Source of the DNA: Diplonema japonicum
Lineage: Eukaryota; Protista; Euglenozoa: Diplonemea
Direction of reading: 5' to 3'
Length of the DNA stretch: 19,050 nt
Assembly (NCBI GenBank): GCA_964019335.1
Contig: OZ025768.1
Location: forward strand, 1 to 19,050
Each line of letters starts with the position of its first letter. Within the stretch, counting starts at the first letter, position 1. Made by a program: the position numbers and the translations under genes. Below the pieces are notes generated by a model that saw only the letters and a program-made list of their open reading frames with translations, was not told the DNA's origin and ran no database searches. Positions 1 through 11,003 of the stretch are shown here, one piece after another.

Positions 1-1299
1 ACCAGTAGCTGTGGTGGTGGTGCCATGTACTGTATATGATATCATGCACACCAATACATACTGTATGTACGTAGGGAATACATACTGTGCAGTGCATAGA
101 GCACAGGGGATACATACTGTGCTAACTATGATATCTAGTGCTAGGAGTAGTACAGAGGTATCCTGAGAAGGGTAGTGATCCCAGAGAAGCAGTGGAATCA
201 GGAGAACCACTAACTTGGGGAATCCCTGAAGTAGTACATCCCTGGTAACACAGGTAATACCACCAGTAGCTGTGGTGGTGCCATGTACTGTATACCATAT
301 CATGCACACCAATACATACTGTATGTACGTAGGGAATACATAGTATGTAGTGCATAGAGCACAATGGAGGCATGTAGTACATCCTGTAGTACATACCATG
401 GCATAGTACAGAAGGAGATGCCATGTTAGCTGTGCAGTAGATATCTAGTGGCACCATTCCCTGAGAACACAGGAGTATGGAACCAGTGGAATACTAGAAG
501 TACTAACACAGGCAATGCCACCAATACACTGAGTGTGTGGCATAGAGCATATCCTACCACCAGTACACACACAGTATGCATGAGCATATATCCTGTGCAG
601 TGCTACATGTGCAATGGATGCATGTAGTACTGTCATAGGTATCATGGCTAGTACATAGTATGATATCAGTAGCACAGGTATCCTGAGAGTGGAGGAACCT
701 GCGGAATACTAGAAGTACTAACTCAGAGAATACCAGGAGTATGAAGTACACCATCTCTAGCTAACACAGGTAATACCACCAGTAGCTGTGGTGGTGCCAT
801 GTACTGTATATGATATCATGCACACCAATACATACTGTATGTACATAGGGAATACATAGTATGTAGTGCATAGAGCACAGGGGATACATACTGTGCTAAC
901 TATGATATCTAGTGCTGTCAGTAGTACAGAGGTGTGCAGAGGGAATACCAGAAGTAGTGGAATCAGGAGAACTAATAAACCACTAATCTGGAGAAGTACG
1001 AAGGATAGGAACAGGGGCATATCTAGTAGCACAGGCAATGGCACCAATGCACAGGATGCAGTGCCATGTACTGTATACCATATCATGCACACCAATACAT
1101 ACTGTATGTACGTAGGGAATACATAGTATGTAGTGCATAGAGCACAATGGAGGCATGTAGTACTACCATAGATAATAGGGTGTCTAGAGGATAGGTCATA
1201 TGGGGTGATTATGGGCATACCCAAAATACCACTTTATTGGTAGGTACCTCATTCTATTCGAAGACTCAAGGGAATGGTCCCAGACCAATTCTGAGAAAT

Positions 1300-1366
1300 G
1301 ATATCCCCTTTTTGGGAAAAGGCCCGGTGAGCCTCGGACCTCATTTCAGGCCTAAAAGGGGGTATC
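1300..1366. other. Conserved inverted repeat / potential stem-loop
   Basis: GATATCCCCTTTT (1300-1312) pairs with AAAAGGGGGTATC (1354-1366) with one G.T pair. Inner pairings are AGGCC/GGCCT and TGAG/CTCA. Copies at about 7115, 13032 and 18660. Confidence 0.6.
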
Positions 1367-1846
1367 TAGGTGTACAGGGTATATCTAGTAATATGTAGGT
1401 AGTACATTATCCCTTGTATACTGTAGTATTAGGGACATGTAGTGCTACCATTAGTACAGACAGTGTAACACAGTGAATATGTTGTTGCACCAGTATTCAC
1501 ACAGTGTATCTAAGTAAGTAACTATGGAAGTACATGTTAATAGTAAGTACATCATCCCAGAAGGGTGTGGCTATACATGTGGGGATACCTGTGGGGAGCA
1601 TATACAGGTGGTAGTACAGACACACTGTTTAGCTAAGTACCATAACACAGGAACATAGACAGTGTGAAGTACGTAATACCACAGTATGCATGGGATAACA
1701 GTAAGTACAGTAACTACACATTATCAGAGAACAGCAGAGAGTGTGTAACCCCTGATAACGGGTGTGCTGTACAGAGGTATCCTTAGAAAGGGTGCTTTAA
1801 CCTGGGGATTAGGGTGTAGAGACCTATATATGGACTCATGTCCTTA

Positions 1847-1862
1847 CGCGCGCGCGCGCGCG
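1847..1862. repeat. (CG)8 tract, first of two per unit
   Basis: Context TCCTTA(CG)8TGGGGGATATAGCGAGGTAATT. Equivalents at 7662-7677 and 13580-13595. Confidence 0.95.
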
Positions 1863-2599
1863 TGGGGGATATAGCGAGGTAATTCTACGAATTCATCCGT
1901 AGTGTCCCACAAGGGTTTCAGGAATTGCATAGCTACAGGGACGTAAACCCCTAGATTGGGACCCCTCGGAACCCTTAGATCCTGGGATTAGGGATGCTAG
2001 GACCTGTTAGCAGAGGTACGGAGGCCTGTGGGGAGTATATCCAGAGGTACTGATATCCATAACATACAAGAGGAAGCACACTGTTTAGCTAAGTACAGTA
2101 ACACACTACACACTAACACAGAGAGTAACACAGACAGTGTGTAGTAATACATGTAGTAGCACAAGCAGTGCTCCAGAAGGGTGTAGCTATACATCTGGGG
2201 ATAACACCAACTAACAGGAACACCAGCAGAAGGGTGTGTTCTCTGGGGGTAGCACAAGTAGGGTGTCTGGTGGTGGTATCTCATAACAGGGGATTCCATA
2301 GCAGGGCACGTCTGGGGGCCTGTAGTAAGTACCTGTTAGCAGAGGCACACACTGTTACCAGGGACACACACTGTTAGCAGAGAGTATGTAACCACTGGTA
2401 TGGGGTAGTACATTATCCCTTGTATACTGTGGTATTAGCCCCTACACACTGTCTACTAACTAACCCCTTGTCTACACACTGTCTACTAACCCCCTATGTA
2501 TTAGACCCTTATCCTAACCCCCCCTCTCTATACCCCTTATATTGGGGTCCTATACCCTACCCCTTTGGGGACACCTTACTATCCTAACAGTTATCCTTA

Positions 2600-2615
2600 C
2601 GCGCGCGCGCGCGCG
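2600..2615. repeat. (CG)8 tract, second of two per unit
   Basis: Same context as the first tract. Equivalents at 8425-8440 and 14347-14362. Confidence 0.95.
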
Positions 2616-2619
2616 TGGG

Positions 2620-2886
2620 GGATATAGCGAGGTAATTTGCATAATTCTTACGTAGTGTCCCACAAGGGTTTCAGGAATTGGAGGGCTACAGGGACGTAGA
2701 TATTCTCTGGGACGTAGCGGGTTAATTTGCAGAAATCACCCGTAGGAGCCCAGAGAGGTGTCCCAATATTGGAGGGCTACAGGGACGTAAACCATTCCAG
2801 GGCTCCTACGGGGTAATTCTACGAATTCACCCGATACAGCCCTGAAGGGGTTCAGGAATCGGAGGGCTACAGGGACGTAAACCCCT
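2620..2886 (+). repeat. Three degenerate ~90-bp tandem repeats with an exact GGAGGGCTACAGGGACGTA core
   Basis: The core starts at 2680, 2771 and 2861. A shorter GCTACAGGGACGTA lies near 1932, after the first (CG)8. Confidence 0.85.
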
Positions 2887-2944
2887 AGCATGCCCCCCTT
2901 ATCCAGCCCTTCTGGGACCCCTCAATATACCCTCCTATTACCAC

Positions 2945-3533
2945 CTATAATACTATCATTACATACTATGTAAGTACTGTGTATGTATCATATATCTATC
3001 CCATGTATACGGGGGATATATGTACATGCATAATACTAGTATTACATAATGATGTACTAACTGTATTAATGGTATCATAACCCTACTCATCCCCTCATGA
3101 CATCATCCTGGGGATGGGGACCCCTTCTCTAGAGATCCCAGGATCCCAGGGGTGGAGACCCAACCTCTAGAGATCCCAGGATCCCTAGCTTGGATACCAT
3201 CTCTAGACACCACCACATCCTGAGAGTGTCTGTAGAGATAACTATAATACTATCATTACATACTATGTAAGTACTGTGTATGTATCATATACCTATCCCA
3301 TACATACGGGGGGATATATGTACATGCATAATACTAGTATTACATAATGATGTACTAACTGTATTAATGGTATCATAGCTCTACTCATCCCTCATGACAT
3401 CATCCTGGGGATGGGGACCCCTTCTCTAGATCCCAGGATCCCAGGGGTGGAGACCCAACCTCTAGATCCCAGGATCCCTAGCTTGGACCACCATCTCTAG
3501 ACACCACCACATCCTGAGAGTGTCTGTAGAGAT
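2945..3533. repeat. Tandem duplication of a ~295-bp block
   Basis: CTATAATACTATCATTACATACTATGTAAG starts at 2945 and 3242. It is also duplicated at 8768/9062 but single at 14691. Confidence 0.9.
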
Positions 3534-4361
3534 ACCAGCATACTACTTATCATGTAAGTACTCTGTGTAGTAGTACATACAGTATATGATATACATGTAC
3601 TAGCACTAACACAGTGTGTATGCCTACTTATCATAGTAGTAGTATTATCATATCATGGCATGATGGTACATCCTAAGGATGCCAGCATATCCAGAGAGTG
3701 GGGAGAACACACCATCTCTCTAGCCATGACATCATGGAGCATACCACTAACGGTATCATTACCATAGATCATGTCATGCATGGATCATGGGATGTACAGA
3801 GTAGAGGTATTATCTACTAGAAGAGCAGCTGTGCTCTCTCTAGCCATACCATCTACAGAGTATGCTGGCAGTATACTCTAGTAACCATGTACCTCATATC
3901 CTAGTCATGAGGATGGTGGCGGTATACTCTACCAACCATGTACCTCATACTGTAGCTACTCCATTATCCCTAGAGAAGGGAATGGTGGTGGTGTACATCC
4001 TAGGCACAATGCCTGTGGGGAATACCACCAGTACTGTGAGTAGTACATCCTAGCTAAGCAGAGAAGGAGATGCTCCTGCTCATGCCAATGCATGTAGTGC
4101 TATCAGTACTATCAGTAGTATATCCTGTAGTAAGTACAGAGAGTACAGGCATGTATATCCTGGGAGTACACACCAATGCATCCCAAGGATGTGGTGCTGT
4201 CTCTAGGGAGTACATCCGTAGTACTATCAGTAGTATATCCTGTAGTAAGTACAGTGGTAAGTACTCATGCCAATGCATGTAGTGCTACCAGTACTATCAT
4301 AGTATATCCATAGTACTAGCTGTAAGGAGAGACACTGTTAGCTAGCAGATGATGTAGCCCA

Positions 4362-4562
4362 ATGCTAGGAGTATCATGGCTACTGGATGGAGCAGCTCCT
4401 GTTCATGCCATGTTGTGCTCCTACTCTACTCATGCCAACATCACCATCAGCTACAACCTAGGAGCTACTGCTGGTGTGATGCTAGCTGTACAGATACTCA
4501 GTGGAGTCATCATAGCCATGAGCTACGTAGCTAGTGCTGACTACGCATTCCCCACATTAGAC
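4362..4562 (+). CDS. cob: Cytochrome b N-terminal gene fragment (first module)
   Basis: Translates from ATG 4362 as MLGVSWLLDGAAPVHAMLCSYSTHANITISYNLGATAGVMLAVQILSGVIIAMSYVASADYAFPTLD. This matches the cytochrome b N-terminus pattern (P-x-N-I-S-x-x-W-N-F-G-S-L-L-G...Q-I-L-T-G-L-F-L-A-M-H-Y...A-F). Similarity ends before the RDVNxGW motif and the frame closes at TAG 4599-4601. The 3' boundary is approximate. Confidence 0.9.
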
Positions 4563-4616
4563 AGATACCTGTGTGCTACTGATACAGTGCTGTCATACTA
4601 GCAGTACTGTGAGTAG

Positions 4617-4632
4617 TATATATATATATATA
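4617..4632. repeat. (TA)8 microsatellite between the cob and nad4 modules
   Basis: TATATATATATATATA, seen only in cassette 1. Confidence 0.9.
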
Positions 4633-4652
4633 CAGTAGTAAGTACTACTAGC

Positions 4653-4811
4653 CATAACTATGCTCTGTCAGTAGCAGTGCTGATGCACGTAGCCTTCTAC
4701 TGTAAGATACCATGTTATCCTATGCAAGGATGGCTAACGGAGGCACACGTGGAAAGCACCACAGATGCTTCAGTGCTGTTAGCTGGTATCTACCTGAAGG
4801 TAGGGATCATA
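4653..4811 (+). CDS. nad4: NADH dehydrogenase subunit 4 internal fragment (module); absent from the ORF track
   Basis: Manual translation gives HNYALSVAVLMHVAFYCKIPCYPMQGWLTEAHVESTTDASVLLAGIYLKVGII. This matches the ND4 signature AFxVKxPxxPxHxWLPxAHVEAPxxxSxxLAGxLLKxG. The frame is open only between TAG 4614-4616 and TAG 4836-4838. Confidence 0.9.
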
Positions 4812-4826
4812 GCTAAGCAGAGCCTA

Positions 4827-4928
4827 CGTAGAACATAGCCTGCATCAGTACGAGTGCATCACTCACAGTAGCTGTGTGTCTATATCATATACCAGTAGAC
4901 TACTGCTCACCAGCACACTACGTCTGCT
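4827..4928 (-). CDS. Possible small module, weakly nad3-like (TGA=Trp)
   Basis: Unique, non-repeat sequence. The minus frame reads SRRSVLVSSSLLVYDIDTQLLWVMHSYWCRLCST with two TGA codons read as Trp. LLVYDIDTQLL loosely resembles ND3 FLxFDLExxLL. Other frames are also partly open, so strand and identity are uncertain. Confidence 0.3.
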
Positions 4929-5085
4929 CTAATGATGTAAGTACAATGATAAGTACTCATGCCATTCCTAGCTAGCACAGGTAATGCATGTAGTGCTACC
5001 AATACTATCAGTAGTACATCCTAGCTAAGCAGAGAAGGAGATGCTCCTGCTCATGCTGTGGCTGCATCAGTACTGTCATACTATC

Positions 5086-8000
5086 AGTAAGTACAGTGAT
5101 AAGTACTCATACCATTCCTAGCTAGCACAGGTAATGCATATAGTACTATCAGTAGTACAGAGAGTACAGGCATGTATATCCTGGGAGTACACACACCAAT
5201 GCATCCCAAGGATGTGGTGTGCTCTCTAGCCATACCATCTCATGAGGATGGTGGCGGTATACTCTACCAACCATGTACCTCATAATGAGGAGAACATGCT
5301 GGTAAGGATACTAACTAAGCATGAATACCTCTAAGCAGTACTATCCTAAGTATGGGCAGACACACAGAGGATGTATCCCCAATACAGATAGTATGATATC
5401 AGTAGTACATCCTGTAGTACATACCATGGCATAGTACAGAAGGAGATGCCATGTTAGCTGTGCAGTAGATATCTAGTGGCACCATTCCCTGAGAACACAG
5501 GAGTATGGAACCAGTGGAATACTAGAAGTACTAACACAGGCAATGCCACCAATACACTGAGTGTGTGGCATAGAGCATATCCTACCACCAGTACACACAC
5601 AGTATGCATGAGCATATATCCTGTGTAGTGCTACATGTGCAATGGATGCATGTAGTACTGTCATAGGTATCATGGCTAGTACATAGTATGATATCAGTAG
5701 CACAGGTATCCTGAGAGTGGAGGAACCTGTGGAATACTAGAAGTACTAACTCAGAGAATACCAGGAGTATGGAACTAGGGAAGTACGGAGGTATCCTAGT
5801 AGCACAGGTAATACCACCAGTAGCTGTGGTGGTGGTGCCATGTACTGTATATGATATCATGCACACCAATACATACTGTATGTACGTAGGGAATACATAC
5901 TGTGCAGTGCATAGAGCACAGGGGATACATACTGTGCTAACTATGATATCTAGTGCTAGGAGTAGTACAGAGGTATCCTGAGAAGGGTAGTGATCCCAGA
6001 GAAGCAGTGGAATCAGGAGAACCACTAACTTGGGGAATCCCTGAAGTAGTACATCCCACAGGCAATGGCACCAATGCACAGGATGCAGTGCCATGTACTG
6101 TATATGATATCATGCACACCAATACACACAGTATGCATGAGCATATATCCTGTGTAGTGCTACATGTGCAATGGATGCATGTAGTACATCCTGTAGTACA
6201 TACCATGGCATAGTACAGAAGGAGATGCCATGTTAGCTGTGCAGTAGATATCTAGTGGCACCATTCCCTGAGAACACAGGAGTATGGAACCAGTGGAATA
6301 CCAGGAGTACTAACACAGGTAATGCCACCAATACACTGAGTGTGTGGCATAGAGCATATCCTACCACCAGTACACACACAGTATGCATGAGCATATATCC
6401 TGTGTAGTGCTACATGTGCAATGGATGCATGTAGTACTGTCATAGGTATCATGGCTAGTACATAGTATGATATCAGTAGCACAGGTATCCTGAGAGTGGA
6501 GGAACCTGTGGAATACTAGAAGTACTAACTCAGAGAATACCAGGAGTATGGAACTACACCATCTCTAGCTAACACAGGTAATACCACCAGTAGCTGTGGT
6601 GGTGCCATGTACTGTATATGATATCATGCACACCAATACATACTGTATGTACATAGGGAATACATAGTATGTAGTGCATAGAGCACAGGGGATACATACT
6701 GTGCTAACTATGATATCTAGTGCTGTCAGTAGTACAGAGGTATCCTGAGAAGGGTAGTGATACCAGAAGTAGTGGAATCATGAGAACTAAATAAACCACT
6801 AATCTGGAGAAGTACGAAGGATAGGAACAGGGCATATCTAGTAGCACAGGCAATGGCACCAATGCACAGGATGCAGTGCCATGTACTGTATACCATATCA
6901 TGCACACCAATACATACTGTATGTACGTAGGGAATACATAGTATGTAGTGCATAGAGCACAATGGAGGCATGTAGTACTACCATAGATAATAGGGTGTCT
7001 AGAGGATAGGTCATATGGGGTGATTATGGGCATACCCAAAATACCACTTTATTGGTAGGTACCTCATTCTATTCGAAGACTCAAGGGAATGGTCCCAGAC
7101 CAATTCTGAGAAATGATATCCCCTTTTTGGGAAAAGGCCCGGTGAGCCTCGGACCTCATTTCAGGCCTAAAAGGGGGTATCTAGGTGTACAGGGTATATC
7201 TAGTAATATGTAGGTAGTACATTATCCCTTGTATACTGTAGTATTAGGGACATGTAGTGCTACCAGTAGTACAGACAGTGTAACACAGTGAATATGTTGT
7301 TGCACCAGTATTCACACAGTGTATCTAAGTAAGTAACTATGGAAGTACATGTTAATAGTAAGTACATCATCCCATAAGGGTGTGGCTATACATCTGGGGA
7401 TACCTGTGGGGAGCATATACAGGTGGTAGTACAGACACACTGTTTAGCTAAGTACCATAACACAGGAACATAGACAGTGTGAAGTACGTAATACCACAGT
7501 ATGCATGGGATAACAGTAAGTACAGTAACTACACATTATCAGAGAACAGCAGAGAGTATGTAACCCCTGATAACGGGTGTGCTGTACAGAGGTATCCTTA
7601 GAAAGGGTGCTTTAACCTGGGGATTAGGGTGTAGAGACCTGTATATGGACTCATGTCCTTACGCGCGCGCGCGCGCGTGGGGGATATAGCGAGGTAATTC
7701 TACGAATTCATCCGTAGTGTCCCACAAGGGTTTCAGGAATTGCATAGCTACAGGGACGTAAACCCCTAGATTGGGACCCCTTGGAACCCTTAGATCCTGG
7801 GATTAGGGATGCTAGGACCTGTTAGCAGAGGTACGGAGGCCTGTGGGGAGTACATCCAGAGGTACTGATATCCATAACATACAAGAGGAAGCACACTGTT
7901 TAGCTAAGTACAGTAACACACTACACACTAACACAGAGAGTAACACAGACAGTGTGTAGTAATACATGTAGTAGCACAAGTAGTGCTCCAGAAGGGTGTA

Positions 8001-9860
8001 GCTATACATCTGGGGATAACACCAACTAACAGGAACACCAGCAGAAGGGTGTGTTCTCTGGGGGGTAGCACAAGTAGGGTGTCTGGTGGTGGTATCTCAT
8101 AACAGGGGATTCCATAGCAGGGCACGTCTGGGGGCCTGTAGTAAGTACCTGTTAGCAGAGACACACACTGTTACCAGGGACACACACTGTTAGCAGAGAG
8201 TATGTAACCACTGGTATGGGGTAGTACATTATCCCTTGTATACTGTGGTATTAGCCCCTACACACTGTCTACTAACTAACCCCTTGTCTAACCACTGGTA
8301 CTAACCCCTATGTATTAGACCCTTATCCTAACCCCCTCTCTGTACCCCCTTATATTGGGGGTCCTATACCCTACCCCTTTGGGGACACCTTGGGGGCACC
8401 TTACTATCCTAACAGTTATCCTTACGCGCGCGCGCGCGCGTGGGGGATATAGCGAGGTAATTTGCATAATTCTTACGTAGTGTCCCACAAGGGTTTCAGG
8501 AATTGGAGGGCTACAGGGACGTAGATATTCTCTGGGACGTAGCGGGTTAATTTGCAGAAATCACCCGTAGGAGCCCAGAGAGGTGTCCCAATATTGGAGG
8601 GCTACAGGGACGTAAACCATTCCAGGGCTCCTACGGGGTAATTCTACGAATTCACCCGATACAGCCCTGAAGGGGTTCAGGAATCGGAGGGCTACAGGGA
8701 CGTAAACCCCTAGCATGCCCCTTATCCAGCCCTTCTGGGACCCCTCAATATACCCTCCTATTACCACCTATAATACTATCATTACATACTATGTAAGTAC
8801 TGTGTATGTATCATATATCTATCCCATGTATACGGGGGATATATGTACATGCATAATACTAGTATTACATAATGATGTACTAACTGTATTAATGGTATCA
8901 TAACCCTACTCATCCCCTCATGACATCATCCTGGGGATGGGGACCCCTTCTCTAGATCCCAGGATCCCAGGGGTGGAGACCCAACCTCTAGATCCCAGGA
9001 TCCCTAGCTTGGACCACCATCTCTAGACACCACCACATCCTGAGAGTGTCTGTAGAGATAACTATAATACTATCATTACATACTATGTAAGTACTGTGTA
9101 TGTATCATATATCTATCCCATGTATACGGGGGATATATGTACATGCATAATACTAGTATTACATAATGATGTACTAACTGTATTAATGGTATCATAACCC
9201 TACTCATCCCCTCATGACATCATCCTGGGGATGGGGACCCCTTCTCTAGATCCCAGGATCCCAGGGGTGGAGACCCAACCTCTAGATCCCAGGATCCCTA
9301 GCTTGGACCACCATCTCTAGACACCACCACATCCTGAGAGTGTCTGTAGAGATACCAGCATACTACTTATCATGTAAGTACTCTGTGTAGTAGTACATAC
9401 AGTATATGATATACATGTACTAGCACTAACACAGTGTGTATGCCTACTTATCATAGTAGTAGTATTATCATATCATGTGGCATGATGGTACATCCTAAGG
9501 ATGCCAGCATATCCAGAGAGTGGGGAGAACATACCATCTCTCTCTCTAGCCATGACATCATGGAGCATACCACTAACGGTATCATTACCATAGATCATGT
9601 CATGCATGGATCATGGGATGTACAGAGTAGAGGTATTATCTACTAGAAGAGCAGCTGTGCTCTCTAGCCATACCATCTACAGAGTATGGTGGCGGTATAC
9701 TCTAGTAACCATGTACCTCATATCCTAGTCATGAGGATGGTGGCGGTATACTCTAGTAACCATGTACCTCATACTGTAGCTACTCCATTATCCCTAGAGA
9801 AGGGAATGGTGGTGGTGTACATCCTAGGCAGTAATGCCTGTGGGGAATACCACCAGTACT
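5086..9860. repeat. Constant region, copy 2, complete
   Basis: Near-identical to 11004-15488 apart from shuffled sub-repeats and one duplication of about 294 bp. Confidence 0.9.
5390..6985. repeat. Mosaic array of interspersed 30-300 bp sub-repeats in the constant region
   Basis: Recurrent blocks such as GTGCCATGTACTGTATATGATATCATGCACACCAATACA, and a block of more than 300 bp present twice (ORF-track duplicates at 5473-5703 and 6252-6482). Equivalent arrays lie at about 1-1170, 11310-12900 and 16940-18530. Confidence 0.85.
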
Positions 9861-9988
9861 ACAGAGAGTATCTCATACCATATCCTAGTCATGAGGATGA
9901 TGGTGTGCTCTCTCTAGGGAAGTACATCCGTAGTACTATCAGTAGTATACCCTGTAGTAAGTACAGTAAGTACTATCCTGGGAGTACA

Positions 9989-10180
9989 GCTACTCATGGT
10001 GTAGCCTACTGTTGCTAGTACAGCTATGAACATGGGCAGCAGCAATACCAGAGATGTAGTGCTGGTAGCTCATGTGCTATCCAACAGTACCTTCTTGGTA
10101 GTCCATGTAGCTGTATGTACTCATCCCATACTCTGATACATGCATCACATCAGGATGGCATGCTGTGTGCTACTAGCTAT
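9989..10180 (-). CDS. nad5: Complex I antiporter-like subunit fragment, most similar to nad5 (module; TGA=Trp)
   Basis: The minus frame reads IASSTQHAILMWCMYQSMGWVHTATWTTKKVLLDSTWATSTTSLVLLLPMFIAVLATVGYTMSS, with in-frame TGA at 10147-10145, 10123-10121 and 10072-10070. Spacing fits ND5 LMGxPFLxGFYSKDxILE...A..LTxxYSxR. nad2 cannot be excluded. Confidence 0.55.
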
Positions 10181-10397
10181 GACATACTATCAGTAAGTAC
10201 AGTGGTAAGTACTCATGCCAATGCATGTAGTGCTACCAGTACTATCAGTAGGATATACTGTAGTAAGTACAGTGGTAAGTACTCATGCCAATGCATGTAG
10301 TGCTACCAGTAGTACAGAGAGTACAGGCATGTCATATCCTGGGAGTACACACACCAATGCATCCCAAGGATGTGGTGTGCTCTCTCTAGCAATGTAG

Positions 10398-10715
<318 letters not shown>

Positions 10716-10788
10716 TAAGTACAGTGGTAAGTACTCATGCCAATGCATGTAGTGCTACCAGTACTATCAGTAGGATATCCTAGCTAAC

Positions 10789-10938
10789 ACAGTGAAGGAA
10801 GCACCACTGTTAGCTGTAGTGGTATCTACACAGGACATGCTAGCAAGAGCTCTACTCACAGAGAGCACACGCATGCAGAACCATCTACTGAACATAGCCT
10901 GTCATGCTGGTGATGTAGAGTGCTTAGTAGCTCTACTC
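10789..10938 (+). CDS. nad7: NADH dehydrogenase subunit 7 (49 kDa/NuoD) internal fragment (module); absent from the ORF track
   Basis: Manual translation gives TVKEAPLLAVVVSTQDMLARALLTESTRMQNHLLNIACHAGDVECLVALL. This matches the Nad7 pattern RxLxxExTRIxNHLLxxxxHAxDVG. The frame is bounded by TAG 10771-10773 and TAG 10948-10950. Confidence 0.88.
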
Positions 10939-11003
10939 ATATCATCCTAGCTAACACCATGAATGCATGTAGTGCTACCAGTATCAGTAGTAGTACATCC
11001 TGT

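Larger units (their letters stand above)
1..4035. repeat. Constant (shared non-coding) region, copy 1, partial
   Basis: Near-identical to about 5816-9860. The landmark CCCAAAATACCACTTTATTGG recurs near 1220, 7035, 12952 and 18580. Confidence 0.9.
4036..5085. other. Variable cassette 1 (cob + nad4 + possible third module)
   Basis: Colinearity with the next unit is lost at about 4036/9861 and resumes at about 5086/11004. Confidence 0.85.

Noticed and set aside
2620-2886. CRISPR-like array
   Set aside because: The intervening sequences are degenerate copies of each other rather than unique spacers, there are only three units, and no cas genes are present.
122-4282. Numerous 60-170 aa ORFs rich in Cys/Tyr/Val/Thr in the constant region, and their copies in later units
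   Set aside because: They derive from low-complexity sub-repeats, overlap on both strands, change frame between copies and show no recognisable motifs.
4362-4838. cob-nad4 read-through fusion, since both are in the same frame
   Set aside because: Two TAG stops and a (TA)8 run intervene, and sharing a frame has a one-in-three chance.
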